Shown in pieces: positions 1-13,014 of a stretch of 64,000 bases of DNA. How positions within the stretch are numbered: position 1 is the first letter of the stretch; every line of letters begins with the position of its first letter. This DNA comes from Eledone cirrhosa (Eukaryota). The notes under the pieces were generated by a model, which saw nothing but the letters and a program-made list of their open reading frames with translations, had not been told where the DNA came from and made no database searches. The position numbers and the translations under genes are program-made. The stretch lies in NCBI GenBank assembly GCA_964016885.1, contig OZ024757.1:33170001-33234000 (forward strand). Reading direction: 5' to 3'.

Positions 1-510
1 TCCTTGTGCCAACTCCATGGCCTCCATGTACTCTATTGAAGCCGTCGCAGTGTTTACCTACGTGTCCGTTAAAATCTCCTGCAATGATTAGGAAGTCCTT
101 GTCGTCTGTTAGAGCAGTAGTGTGTATTAGGGACTCGTAAAACCTATCCTTAAGTTCGTCTGGCAGCCCCGATTGGGGTGCGTAAGCTGATATTATTGTG
201 GTAATTGTCTTATTCAGGACTAGTCTGAGTTTAATGATTCTTGCATTTACCCTGTACACTGAGATTACTTTATCTACCCACTTGTCAGCTAATAGTATAC
301 CTACACCACCCATCCCATCGTCATTTCCCACCCAGAAAAATTTGTAGCACTGGCTTTTTCCTACAAGGACTCTAGCAGACCCTCCTCTCCATCTAGTCTC
401 TTGCACACAGCATACATCAACTTCCTTTCGCTCTAGCATTTCTACGATTTCTCCTGCTCTTCCTTTCATTGAGCCTACATTGATGGTACCAACTCGGAGT
501 TTTGGGCATT

Positions 511-511
<1 letters not shown>
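1..511 (-). mobile_element. RTE-clade LINE fragment, AP-endonuclease domain, running off the window edge
   Basis: The minus strand reads KCPKLRVGTINV..DVCCVQETRW..SAYAPQ..IIAGDFNGHVG, which are APE motifs. It is nearly identical to 50781-51283, and its 5' end abuts (TA)n. Confidence 0.93.
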
Positions 512-564
<53 letters not shown>

Positions 565-631
565 ATATATATATGTATATGTATATAATATACACACTTA
601 CACATGCACACACATATATATATATATTATC

Positions 632-993
632 ATACGTAGTTTAGAAAGCCACAACAATGCAGATGGGAAATCTCGAGGTAGGAAGTGAATGATAGATAGG
701 AGAAATAGGAGAAAGTTGTGATGTCGTTAAACAGGAATGCCGCATTCCTGTTTAACGACATCACAACTTTCTTCGGCTTAGCCTGTTCCCCCCCTTTTTG
801 GAACTTTCCCCCGTTGATGGGCGTGAGCCCGAAATATTGGGATTAAATCTCCACTACGGTAACCCTTCTACCTTTGTTTTGTTTTCATCTTTGTCTCTCT
901 CAATTTTCACTTTCTCCTATTTCTCCTATCTATCATTCACTTCCTACCTCGAGATTTCCCATCTGCATTGTTGTGGCTTTCTAAACTACGTAT
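632..993. repeat. Inverted repeat with 85-bp arms (632-716 and 909-993) plus an inner 31-bp palindrome (710-772); Penelope-pLTR-like
   Basis: The arms are exact reverse complements by eye. A variant hammerhead lies at 807-842. Confidence 0.9.
807..842 (+). ncRNA. Atypical or degenerate minimal type I hammerhead motif
   Basis: TCCC-CCGTTGA-T-GGGC(GTGA)GCCC-GAAA-TATT-GGGA. Stems I and II are intact but the core deviates from CUGANGA. Confidence 0.45.
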
Positions 994-1208
994 TTTACAC
1001 ATTTCACAATGCTTCAAGCAAACTTTAACACCCTCTTATATATATTATCATCGTCGTGGCTATTTTTCCTTCCTTGCATGGATATATATATATATATATA
1101 TATGCAAGAGATGTCAACATGAATGGACCTGTTATTTTTATCTAAAGACATTTTTTTTTTCCAATTCCATCACGCCCGACCTCTCAATCTATTTTATTTG
1201 TCATTCTT

Positions 1209-1244
1209 TCTTCTGATGAAAGACTAGTGTCCGAAACGTTAAGA
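1209..1244 (+). ncRNA. Minimal type I hammerhead ribozyme (Penelope-like), in a dispersed repeat at 1103-1332
   Basis: TCTT-CTGATGA-A-AGAC(TAGT)GTCC-GAAA-CGTT-AAGA with a palindromic ACGT stem III. A paralog lies at 55446-55481. Confidence 0.75.
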
Positions 1245-1579
1245 CCCTCTTCCTGCTATATCAAGCGTTAACCTAATATATACCTTCCATATACTGTACC
1301 GATTGTGTTGTTATTTCTGTTCACCTTTTACATACACATATATATATGTATATATATATATACACACACACAGAAGTACATACACACAAACACACACAAA
1401 CCACAAACATATGATGACAGATAGCTGCACAATATTTGTTATATATTAAATGTCAAATGGAAATGTTAAGTGTGGCCTACAAAGGAGAGGGAGGAGAACA
1501 AGGTGAAGGTGTTAGATGGACTCATGGGGGAGGGGAGAAAGAGAGGAAAGAGTGAACATGTGAGGGGGAGGTGAAGTGA

Positions 1580-1714
<135 letters not shown>

Positions 1715-1760
1715 GGGGTTAGCGTGTCAGGTGGAGGTATGTGGTGAAGTGAGGATATAT

Positions 1761-2097
1761 CATCATCATCATTATTTTATGCCCGCTTTTCCCTGCTTGC
1801 AAGGGTGGGACGGCAACTGATTCTGGCTTGATTTCTACAGGTGGACGCCCTTCCTAACACCAACCTCATTTACAGTGAGTGCTGGGTGCTTTTTTGCCAT
1901 GGCACCTCCACGACCACTTTGCAGTGGAGTGATATGGACCCCAGTCCCTATCATCTCATTTCTACAGCTGAGTAAACTGGAGCAATGTGAAATAAAGTGT
2001 CTTGCTCAAGGAAACAACACATCACCTGGTCTGAGAATTGAACTCACAACCTTTCGATTGCAAGGCCAATGCTGTAACCACTAAGCCATGCACCTTC
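1761..2097 (-). mobile_element. tRNA-derived CORE-type SINE with RTE-derived 3' tail and (TGA)n end
   Basis: Pol III head TGGCTTAGTGG..GAGTTCAATTC, central CCTTGAGCAAGACACTT, tail GTTAGGAAGGGCGTCCA..(TGA)n. Same family as 28035-28340. Confidence 0.8.
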
Positions 2098-2242
2098 ATA
2101 TACGGATATATAAAGAGTGTACCGCAAAAATGTAACACACTTTTATTAAACTGTTGTTGAAGTGTGTATACATTGGGGGGGGGGGCACCCTGTGTATATA
2201 TATATTTATATATATGTATGTATGTATACATATATATATATA

Positions 2243-2580
2243 CATCATCATCGTTTAATGTCCATCTTCCACGCTAGCATGGGTTAGACAGTTTTGTTCC
2301 ATTTGATGCGGGATTGGTCAGGAGACCGTGTCTCACTCGAACGGACCTGTCTCTGGCAGGTTTTTTACAGCTGGATGCCCTTCCTAACATCAACCACATT
2401 TACAGTGTGGACTGGGAGCCTTGTTATCATGTCTCCTACACGACCACTTTACAGTGTGGACTGGGTGCTTTTTGTTGTGTCACCATCACCGACACAGTGG
2501 ACGGAAATGGGGGGATGGGGTAGAGTGTGTGAGGTGCCTACTGACTGTAGGTTTAAGTTTGTATGCAAAGGAATACTTAC
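2243..2580 (-). mobile_element. RTE LINE 3' UTR fragment with (TGA)n tail
   Basis: Matches the sequence downstream of the RTE ORF stop at 44172-44670. Confidence 0.7.
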
Positions 2581-2658
2581 AGGGTGTCCCTAAAAGATGT
2601 ATACACACTTTTATTAGAATGCTGTTGAAGGGTGTATACATTTTTGGGGGACACCCTC
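2580..2658. mobile_element. Tiny Tc1/mariner-type MITE (TIR CAGGGTGTCCC..ATGTATACAC); further copies near 2113, 17632, 33991, 41410 and 45885
   Basis: Terminal inverted repeats flanked by TA. Confidence 0.75.
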
Positions 2659-2715
2659 TATGTATGTGTGTATATACATATATATACATATATACATATA
2701 TATATATATACATAC

Positions 2716-2750
<35 letters not shown>

Positions 2751-2939
2751 AAAAGAAAGAGAGGGGAGGGTGTGTGGGTGAGGATGTGAGGTGGGAGTGT
2801 GTGGGGAAGTGTCAAGATGAGTGACACTATTGCGGTGACTAGTGTCACTCCCTGACATTTTATCTCCACTTCAATATCAACACGTTACTGTAGAAATGTC
2901 AGTTATCAAACATATAATATAGAATTGACAGCCAATACT

Positions 2940-3920
2940 AGCACTGCCACCTGACACCATCAGCACCACCACTACCACAACCACTGCCAATACCATCACT
3001 ACTACCTTCAGCAGCAGCAGCACTACCACCATCACCACTGCCATCATCAGCTGCAGTACCACTCCTCCCCCACTACCACCACCACCACTGCCATTAGCAC
3101 CATCACTACCACTAACACCACCACCATCAGCACCATCACTACCTCTACCACCACCACAACCACCACCACCACAACCACCACCAATAGCCACTACCATCAG
3201 CACCATCACTACCACTAACACCCCCACCATCACTACCACCACCAACACTACCATTACCACAACCACCACCACCACCACCACCACCACAACCACCACCAAT
3301 AGCCACTACCATCAGAACCATCACTACCACTAACACCCCCACCATCACAACCACCACCAACACTACCACTACCACAACCACCACCAACACTACCACCACC
3401 ATCAGAACCATCACTACCACTAACACCCCCACCATCACTACCACCACCAACACTACCATTGCCATCACCACCACCAACACTACCACTACCACAACCACCA
3501 CCAATAGCCACTGCCATCAGCACCATCACTACCACCACCAACACTACCATTGCCATCACCACCACCAACACTACCACTACCACAACCACCACCAACACTA
3601 CCACTACCACAACCACTAACAACAACCACTGCCATCAGCAACATCACTACCACTAACCCCCCCCCCACCATCACTACCACCACCAACACTACCACTACCA
3701 CAACCACCACCAACACTACCACTACCACAACCACAACCACCAACAACCAACAACCACTGCCATCAGCAACATCACTACCACTAACATCACCACCATCACT
3801 ACCAGCAACCACCACCAACACCACCACAATGCGACCAACAACCACTACTATCACTACCACTCCCCTGATTAAAACTACACCCCGACCCCGCCCCCACCCC
3901 CCACTAAAAAACAACAACAA
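2940..3920. repeat. Degenerate (CAC/CAA/CTA)n low-complexity tract
   Basis: Direct inspection. Confidence 0.9.
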
Positions 3921-3960
3921 AGATTGAAAGAATGTTTGACAAAATCTGAGGAAGTCTTAC

Positions 3961-4066
3961 TTGAGTTAAGAATCCCAATAAAGAAGGTTTGGGGTTTATA
4001 AACCCTGGAAGTGATAATCCCGTTGAATGTGTGTGGATGGCAATCCATAGGAAAAGTGGCGTACAC
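3961..4066 (-). other. Candidate internal exon (106 nt) of an unidentified minus-strand transcript
   Basis: Acceptor ccttgtttttcag| and donor |gtaaga bracket a unique island. Two frames are open ([16 protein letters not shown].. and [11 protein letters not shown]..). Confidence 0.5.
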
Positions 4067-4127
4067 CTGAAAAACAAGGGAATAATATACGTATATATAT
4101 GTGTATAATATATATATATGAGTGAGA

Positions 4128-4190
<63 letters not shown>

Positions 4191-4196
4191 TGTATG

Positions 4197-4242
<46 letters not shown>

Positions 4243-4370
4243 GAAGTTCTATTTAAATTGTTGGGATACAACAAGCAAATATTTTTATAACTGATATAAA
4301 GCACTCAACAAATTATTGGAGTAAAAATACGATATTAACAAATGGAAACTATATTTATAAAACCATATTT

Positions 4371-4433
4371 ATTTCATTATACATATTTCAAGGACACCAA
4401 GTGAAATTATGGTGTGCTTTCATCAGATAAAAT
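4371..4433 (-). ncRNA. Type I hammerhead motif, AT-palindrome stem III family
   Basis: ATTTTAT-CTGATGA-AAG..CACCA/TGGTG..CTT-GAA-ATATGTAT-A-ATGAAAT. Confidence 0.65.
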
Positions 4434-4914
4434 ATAATATAGAGCAGTTTTATAAATACACACACACACACACACACACGTGCAGACAACCGCCCCAGTT
4501 TTTCTAGGGGTTATCATCTCGATATCTTAAAACGAGGTTAAACAAACACACCTATCCATAACTAATCAATCCAATCAATGTTCTACCTGTGTGTATGTTT
4601 GCTTGTGTGTGTGTGTGTGTCACAGTGATTGGTAGTTTCTCACACACCAACCAACACCCCATTCACCACCAACCATTATCTCTACAGAGCCACCAAACTT
4701 GGCTACAGCTAGGAGACATCTTGACAGGGCTAGAAATAGCAGTCAAATCTCTTTCTAAATCATCATCATCATCATCATCGTTTAATACAATTTCCATGCT
4801 AGCATGGGTTAGACGGGTTAGTCCCATTAGAAGCAAGTTGACCGTGCCTTGCTCATATAGAACTCTTTCTGGCTAGATTGCTACAGCTGGATGCCCTTCC
4901 TAACGCCAACCACA

Positions 4915-5403
4915 TTTACAGTGTATGCTGGGTGCTTTTTGTTGTGACACCTACACAATTGCTTTACAGTGTATGATGGGTGCTTTTTGTTGTGACACCT
5001 ACACAATTGCTTTACAGTGTATGATGGGTGCTTTTTGTTGTGACACCTACACGACCACTTTACAGTGTATGATGGGTGCTTTTTGTTGTGACACCTACAC
5101 GACTGCTTTACTGTGTATGCTGGGTGCTTTTTGTTGTGACACCTACACGACCACTTTACAGTGTATGATGGGTGCTTTTTGTTGTGACACCTACACGACT
5201 GCTTTACTGTGTATGCTGGGTGCTTTTTGTTGTGACACCTACACAATTGCTTTACAGTGTATGATGGGTGCTTTTTGTTGTGACACCTATACGACCGCTT
5301 TACAGTGTATGATGGGTGCTTTTTGTTGTGACACCTACACGACCACTTTACAGTGTATGATGGGTGCTTTTTGTTGTGACACCTATACAACCGCTTTACA
5401 GTG
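4915..5403. repeat. 48-bp minisatellite, about 10 copies, amplified from an internal unit of the RTE 3' UTR
   Basis: Unit tttacagtgtatgatgggtgctttttgttgtgacacctacacgaccac, continuous with the RTE tail at 4759-4915. Confidence 0.9.
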
Positions 5404-5404
5404 T

Positions 5405-5683
5405 AGTAATGTACCTTTCTCTCTCTTTGAAATCTGCGCCCTATAAGTGGCTACACAGTTGGCCTTAATGGTAACACCAGCTCTATATAAAACTGTGATA
5501 TTTTAAGGTTCAGTAAAGTACCTCTCTAAAGTCTATACCCTATAGGTAGCTACCTAGTTGGCCTTAATGGCAACACCAACCCTGTATAAAACTGTGATAT
5601 TTTAAGGTTCAGCAATGTACCTCTCTGAGGTCTGTGCCCTAAGTGGCTGCCAAGTTGACTTTAATGGTAGCACCAGCCCTGTA
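5405..5683. repeat. ~100-bp satellite, about 3 units, same family as 62140-63510
   Basis: Unit aatgtacctctct..ccctataggtggct..gttggccttaatgg..ataaaactgtgatattttaaggttcag. Confidence 0.85.
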
Positions 5684-5844
5684 TATCAGGCCAGAGCTTA
5701 TCCTGGTTTCCATGGTGTAAAGAGACTGAGAGTACAAGGCTCCCCGCTGAACAGGTCACCAGTCCATCGCAGGGTTAAACCCCCAGCTATTGCTGGTACA
5801 CATTTTCAGCTGAGTGTACTGGAGCAACGAGAAATAATAATGAT

Positions 5845-6102
5845 AATAATGAAATTATTGTGTAAAGTGCTCAGGTGCACTACAACTCGTCAAAGGTGCA
5901 TGTATAGTACATAGAATAATACACAAATGTCAGGGAAGTGAATAGTGTATGAGTCATGGTATACATGTGTGTATGTGTATGGAGGGGGAACATTAGGTGT
6001 AGTGTTGGCGGATCTCGGGAAGCATGGAGGCCTTAAAGGATGCAGTGTCTCGACAGCTAACAACTGATGCAGGTAGTTTGTTCCATGCTTCAGCAACTCT
6101 GA
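5845..6102 (-). mobile_element. CR1-type LINE 3' end (ORF2 C-terminus plus 3' UTR)
   Basis: The minus strand reads RVAEAWNKLPASVVSCRDTASFKASM..HYT*, a CR1/L2-like terminus. A second copy lies at 52835-53100 (+). Confidence 0.75.
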
Positions 6103-6979
6103 GCATTTTAATTAAGAACACAGAACACAACCCAGTCCAGGAATCAAACCCTTGATATTATGATTGTAAGTCCAACACCCTTACCACTAGGCCACGTGCC
6201 TCCACACATGGGTTGAATATCTGCTGCCAATTTGGAAATGTTAAATTATTAATTTGAGAAGAATGTAATTCCAAACGATATTAATTTACAGCTACACAAA
6301 ATAATACAATAGAAAAAAAAAACGATAAAGAGAAAATAAAAAAATAAACATCAACTTATTTCTCATTAACTTTACGTTACCACATTCAAACACACCACCA
6401 CCAGCATTACCACCACACACACACACAACCACCACCACCACTACCATATATACACACACACATCACCATTACAAAATACACACACACCACCACCACCACA
6501 TACTCACACACCACCACTACTACATACATTCACACACACCATCAACACAGCATACACACACTACTACCAGTACATACACACACCACCACCATCCTCAAGC
6601 CCACACCACCACCACCACCCCAACAGCATTACACACCACTCCACTACACCACCACCACCACCATCATCATCATCAAACCTTTACCACACCACCACCACCA
6701 CCACCATCATCATCAAGCCCTCACTACACCACCACTACCACCAGCACTATACCACCACACTGCCACCATCAAGCCCTCAACACACCATCAACACCACCAC
6801 CACTACACCACCACCATCATCATCATCAACTCTCACCACCACCACCAATACCACATCAGCCCTATGTTAGTTCCACACAAGCACAGAACTGAAGGGCACA
6901 CAAGGAGAGTCTGACGTATGTATACCTGACATATTTCACTCACATGATGGAAAGTTCTCTACCTTTGAAATATAATACA

Positions 6980-6998
6980 TGCCACTAGGGGGCAGCAC
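6980..6998 (+). promoter_or_regulatory. Candidate CTCF-binding motif
   Basis: TGCCACTAGGGGGCAGCAC closely matches the CCASYAGRKGGCRS core and sits in unique sequence. Confidence 0.5.
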
Positions 6999-7508
6999 AA
7001 GTAGTAGTATCTGGCTATCTCTGTATATTGTCTTCTGCTGTCTTGTACAGATGCACCACCCTAAAAAACATACACACACTCCACCACCACCACCATCACC
7101 ACATATATATATGCACATATATACACCACCACAACACACATATACACACCACCATCTACACCACACACATTACTCAGGTCCCATCACGTACACACGCTAT
7201 CATCACCACATACACACCACCACCGCACACCAGTACCATTATCATCGTTACACACATACACACAAACATGCATACACATACATGCATACACATGCACTAC
7301 CATATACACACACACTATACATACCACCACCAACGCACTCCAGTCACATACACACGCATACCACACACACACATACCATATACTGCATACACACACACAC
7401 TACCCCCACCACCACCATCACCACTAATGCCTCTCACTACCAACACACACCAAACACACCACCACCAACGCACTCGAGTTACACACACACATACTGCAGA
7501 TGCATGCA

Positions 7509-7550
<42 letters not shown>

Positions 7551-8151
7551 ATACCACATACACACTACCAGCACCACACTGGCTCCTTGTACATTTGTCT
7601 GACTATCAGCTGTTTACCTATTCATCAGGGGAGAAGAGGGCAGGGAGGTTCTATCCATCCATCCATCCATATCAGACCTTCATACCCTCACAGCTTTATA
7701 TAAACAGACAAATACACACACATTACAACTCAAAAATATACAATGATTATCTCCCTTATTTAAACTCTTTTTATATCCAAGTTACAATCTGACCCACACT
7801 CATCCAAAATGTCTAACTAAATATACATGTGCTCCTCCTATAAAAAAAAAAGGTTTTTCCCATTCTTTCGTTTCTTACTGTATCCTTCTATTTCTTCTAA
7901 CTCCCACTCTATTTTCCAATGAAGGACTAACATCCGAAAGGTTGAGACCCTTTTCCAAATGTATAATGTGTTAAACTAATATATATCATCATTGTACTCT
8001 GATATTCTCCTGTGTATTCACACACACACACACTACCACTGATGTGGTATGTGTGTGTGTGTAACTGTAGTGATTTGGTGGTGGTGTGTATGAGGTGTGT
8101 GTGTTTGTAGTGATGGGTGGTGGTGGTGGTGATATATATACATATATCTAT

Positions 8152-8302
8152 CTAGGGTGGGTAAAATTCCCGAGATGCATGGACGAGTTCTCTCCAGCGG
8201 TCTCTGTCCCTCATTATCGCTGCCATGTCCTGTGTCCCCAGCAGACCAATGTCTGTCCTTAGGGCATTAACATATGTTAACTTCGGTCTTCCTCTTCCAG
8301 TG
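8152..8302 (-). mobile_element. 3' end of a second RTE-like LINE family
   Basis: Reverse complement of 51770-51925 ([27 protein letters not shown]). Confidence 0.75.
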
Positions 8303-8493
8303 TTGTTAAGAGAAGGTTACTTTTACATAATTATTTTATTACATAATAAATATTTCAATGACTTGGTTATGCAATGGTTATACTATTGACAGTCGCCATG
8401 ACATCATCAGATGCTCAAAAATTATGAGGTGTTGTTATGCAGGTAATGTATTACCATCTTGGTATCATGCGAGCCAACTTAGCTATCTATCTA

Positions 8494-8533
<40 letters not shown>

Positions 8534-8705
8534 GTGGTAGAAACTGGGTAGATCTGGTCATTCCAGTTAGAAAACCCTGATGTAATAAGTTAACGCACTC
8601 AATGTTATGCAAATCATCTGGTATCTCATGGCAGGTGCAAGAACGGAGTTAAAAACAACAGAAAGCCGGATGGAAATATTGTTTTAAAGTTTTAGTGTTG
8701 TAAAA

Positions 8706-8780
8706 ACATTATACGTATTTCAATGGCCTAGTTACATTATCTGATTCTGACCTAATAAATCTGGCCACATCATCAGGTGT
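8706..8780 (-). ncRNA. Type I hammerhead motif with a long loop II
   Basis: ACAC-CTGATGA-TG-TGGCC..GGCCA-TT-GAA-ATACGTAT-A-ATGT. It overlaps the left arm of the inverted repeat at 8763-9019. Confidence 0.55.
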
Positions 8781-9370
8781 GGATTGCAAAATTAGTTAAT
8801 CGATAAAAGGATTATGGCAAACACAAACAGAGCATAGAGAATAGACTTATCAATGAACTGATTGCAAAATTAGTTAATCAATAACAGGATTATGGCAAAC
8901 ACAATCAAAATTGGCAGACCATCTCCGAATCAAGTCTATTCTCTGTTTTCTGCTTGTGTTTGCCATAATTCTGGTATCGATTAACTAATTTTGCAATCCA
9001 CACCTGATGATGTTGCCAAAGTCTTCCATCATGATTAGATGATGTAACACAGCAATTTGAAGGGGAGGGGTAAGTTGATTAAATCAAGCCCAGTGCATTA
9101 CTGGAGCTTTATTTTATCCATCCGGATAGGATGAAAGGCAAAGCTAACCTCAGCGGCATTTGAATTCAGAACGCAAATGGCCATAACTCTATGTTGCAAA
9201 GCATGGTGTCAAACACTTTACCAATACTGCAGAACACTCAGAAAACAAAGCCAACAATAAACAAGACATCTAGAGGATAAGACCATCGAATTCCAAACTT
9301 CTAAATAATACATTCATAAAAACAAAGCCAATCCTGAACTAAATACCTATACTAGAACTCATCACCCAGT

Positions 9371-9660
9371 TCTATCCAGTGGCCTCAGCTGAAATGGACT
9401 CAACAATTGATCTCCACATGAGTCTGTCATTCATTATCGTTGCCAAGTCCTGGATTTCAATACCAGAATCTCTGGAGATGACATCGGGGTAGGAGAGCTT
9501 GTGCCCTCTGTTATTGGTCACTGCTTGTGGTTTCTAAAGCACTAATGGGGACTTATAGGTGGCATGTTGGCAGTGGCCTGCAAATCTTACTCTCCTTTTA
9601 TGTACAACGACAGATATGCATAGGAGGCCGGCATATATCTCTCTCAAAGTCAGATGTCAC
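9371..9660 (-). mobile_element. Decayed RTE-like LINE 3' end
   Basis: The minus strand reads RGHKLSYPDVISRDSGIEIQDLATIMNDRLMWRSIV. Confidence 0.6.
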
Positions 9661-9809
9661 CAGCTTAAGACATCCTCCATAATCCCTACCTCAGACATCC
9701 TCCACATTTCCCAACCCCTAACTCACTCTACATATGAGTATGGGGGAGATAGACTTTTTCAAGCCGCAGCCGTCAAATTATGCAGTTTCTGTATGAGAAT
9801 AGACATTAA

Positions 9810-10138
9810 CCCTTTAGCATTTACATTACTATATATTTACTATTATATTTTCATGGTAACTTTGCCTTTCATCCTTACGGGGTCGATAAAATAAAGTACC
9901 AGTAATGTACTGGGTAATTGCTGGCCTTGTGCCTAAAGTAGAAACAATTATATTTTCATGGTAAAGGTTTTACTTCACATAATTATCTCAATCTCACATA
10001 ATATCAAATCTACGAGATTTTGATATTTATTTTGAGAACAATACCTTAACATCAGTATGAGTAGCCAGTTATGGCCAGTTTGAATAGAAAAAGTTGAGAG
10101 AATTCTGGCCAGATATGGCTGGTTTAAATGCTAAAGGG
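9810..10138 (+). mobile_element. Non-autonomous piggyBac-type MITE carrying a nested, 5'-truncated SINE
   Basis: TTAA|CCCTTTAGCATTTA..TAAATGCTAAAGGG|TTAA. The SINE piece at 9860-9946 is flanked by a duplicated ATTATATTTTCATGGTAA. Confidence 0.85.
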
Positions 10139-10712
10139 TTAAACAATATCTATTACTATCTGCATATATATACCCAGCAAACGCTTAGTCCCGTTTTGAG
10201 CAAGGTACGGTGTGGCCATCTGGTCAGACCTGTCTCATAACAGGACCACCCAGCTCCACACTGTAAACATGGTTGGTGTTAAGTAAAAACCAAGCCCAAA
10301 CATGGTTCCACTATAAGCAAGGCATAGTGTGGCCAACTAGCTAGACTTCCCTCGTAATGGGAGCACACAGCTCCTAAATTAGGGTTCCAATGTGAACACG
10401 GTATGACGCGGCCAACTAGCCAGACCCTCCTCAGAATGGTGCCACCCAGGGCTCCACTATAAGTAAGACTTGGTGCGGTCAACAGGCCAGACCTCCCTCA
10501 CAGTGGGACCACTCAGCTCACAAGCTCTGGTTCCAATGTGAGATGGGCATGGAGCACCCAACTGACCAGGGGCTCCTCATAACGGTGCCACCCAGTTCCA
10601 CACTGTAGACATGGTTGGTGTTAGGAAGGGCATCGAGCTGTAAAAATCCCAGCCAAAATACAGTTCTGTCTGATCAAGGTATGGCACGGCCAGCTGGCCA
10701 GACTTGTCTCAT

Positions 10713-11065
10713 GACCACCACCACCACTAACAAGAACAACAAAAGCAACAACAACACTAACAACAGCAACAACAAAAGGAACAACAGCACCACCACCACC
10801 AACAACAACAACAACAGCACCGCCACCACCAACAACAGCACCACCACCACCAACAACAACAACACCAACAACAACACCAACAACACCAACAACAACACCA
10901 CCAACAACACCAACAACAACAACACCACCAACAACACCAACAACACCAACACCAACACCACCAACAACACCACCAACAACAACACCAACAACAACACCAA
11001 CAACACCACCACCAACAACAACACCAACAACACCAACAACAACAACACCAACAACACCAACAGCA
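10713..11065. repeat. (CAA/CAC)n microsatellite
   Basis: Direct inspection. Confidence 0.95.
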
Positions 11066-11358
11066 CGCCTGCTCTTCATACAAAAACATTTGTAAATGTT
11101 ACACCAAGAGAATCCCCCTCCTCCACACCACACACCAGCAACAGAATACTATTCTATCCACCACCCCTACCATCCTACCACCCACACGCACTCTTCAGTG
11201 AAAAACTAACCATCACCAGTTGCCATAGTAACAAGCTGTTTTAGGGAGCAACACCTGATAAGAGTGGCATCAGATTGTTACTTCACTTTTTCACTGTAGG
11301 TATGTGTGTATATATGGATGTTTGTGTATATATATATATCTATGTGTGTTTATGTGTG

Positions 11359-11390
<32 letters not shown>

Positions 11391-11420
11391 CAATACACAC
11401 ACACACACATATATATATAA

Positions 11421-11473
<53 letters not shown>

Positions 11474-11663
11474 TATATATATATATATAAGTATATACAT
11501 ATCTATATATATAAGTATATACATATATATTAATATATATACATACCTGGTATTTCAAGCGTTAAACTAATATATTCCTTCCATGTAGTGTGCTGTTTGT
11601 TTTGTTATTTTTTTCTTTCTGTTTACATTTTACATATATATATATACACACATATATATATAT

Positions 11664-11708
<45 letters not shown>

Positions 11709-11749
11709 TTCAAAATATTAATAAATGAGAAATATCATAACCAAAGTAT

Positions 11750-11814
11750 ATATTTTATTATACATATTTCAAAGGTACAATGGTGTTTCAGTACGTTTTC
11801 ATCAGATAAAATAT
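11750..11814 (-). ncRNA. Type I hammerhead motif, AT-palindrome stem III family
   Basis: ATATTTTAT-CTGATGA-AAAC GTAC..GTAC CTTT-GAA-ATATGTAT-A-ATAAAATAT, with a 9-bp stem I. Confidence 0.7.
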
Positions 11815-11914
11815 ATAAGAGATTGGATATGCAACATACCGCTAAGGTACTTGAATCACCAATTCCTATATATGTATTAAGCTTGACCATAAGGACTATA
11901 CACCTTACAATAAC

Positions 11915-12090
11915 AATAATTGTTTCTACTTTTGACACAAGGCCAGCAATTACCCAGTACATTACTGGTACTTTATTTTATCGACCCCGTAAGGATGAAA
12001 GGCAAAGTTGACCTCGGTGGGATTTGAACTCAGTCTGTAAAGGGACGTAACTTTATGCTGGAAAGCATGACATCCGACTCTCTACTGATA
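11915..12090 (-). mobile_element. tRNA-derived SINE with a Meta-domain-like centre; about 15 copies or fragments in the window (e.g. 9050, 20155, 20345, 29262, 31395, 32000, 35630, 42233, 53100, 57770, 58890, 61078)
   Basis: B box GAGTTCAAATCC followed by GCCTTTCATCCTTACGGGGTCGATAAAATAAAGTACCAG. Confidence 0.8.
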
Positions 12091-12245
12091 ATGAAAAAAA
12101 ACCATGATCATGTGACTACTTTCTGTATCTAGAACCCCCTCCCTCCCCGAGCTCTTTACATTATTTTGTTGAAAATCATAGTTTGATTTATTCAATTACA
12201 TATTATTATTGGTAAACACGTCATACTTCATTCCTTATATATATG

Positions 12246-12280
<35 letters not shown>

Positions 12281-12964
12281 AAAAGGTAAACAGAAATAAC
12301 AACACAATCAAACTCACTAATACCTGTGCATGGTTGGGTCGTCAGTGACTAAACTGGCAACCCCACCAAGCTTGCTTGGTGAGGAGGGTGAATTTGGGAA
12401 TTTGGACACTCTGCAAGATGAAAAAACAAAACCTATTAAAGGGCGGAGGAACTCAGGAGAGTCAATGGCCATCGAAGAAAGCATTTTGTGGAGCGAGAGT
12501 CTCCTAGTCATCATTAAGAGATCTCTCTAAGAGAAGGTCACTCTGATATAAAACCTGCAACTATGCTTGCATCCAATGTTCAGAGAGCCTTTCCTCACTT
12601 AAAAAAGCTTTGAGCACAGGCATCACTTGATATGTGACATTTTTTGCGATGCATGGTATTGCTAGACATAGGCAAGTCCCTAGTATGACTAAAAAACCAC
12701 GTCAGTGATTCTCATGTTTAAGTATCAAGCGATGGCATTACTTGAAATCAAGTTGCAGCAATCATATATATATATCATATATATATATCATATATATATA
12801 TCATATATATATATATATATAGTTAGGGAAGCAGGAAAATGCTTATTGTGATCCAGTTCGTGGTTAAGAAAGCCAGTTTCGTGGACGGTTTCAATGTACG
12901 GTCGTAAATACCTGGTCGTAAATACCTGGATAAAATCCTTTTCTTAATGCTTACCTGTGTTTTC

Positions 12965-13014
<50 letters not shown>

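Noticed and set aside
4881-5446. Repetitive Cys-rich ORFs on both strands
   Set aside because: These are translations of a 48-bp minisatellite derived from a LINE UTR.
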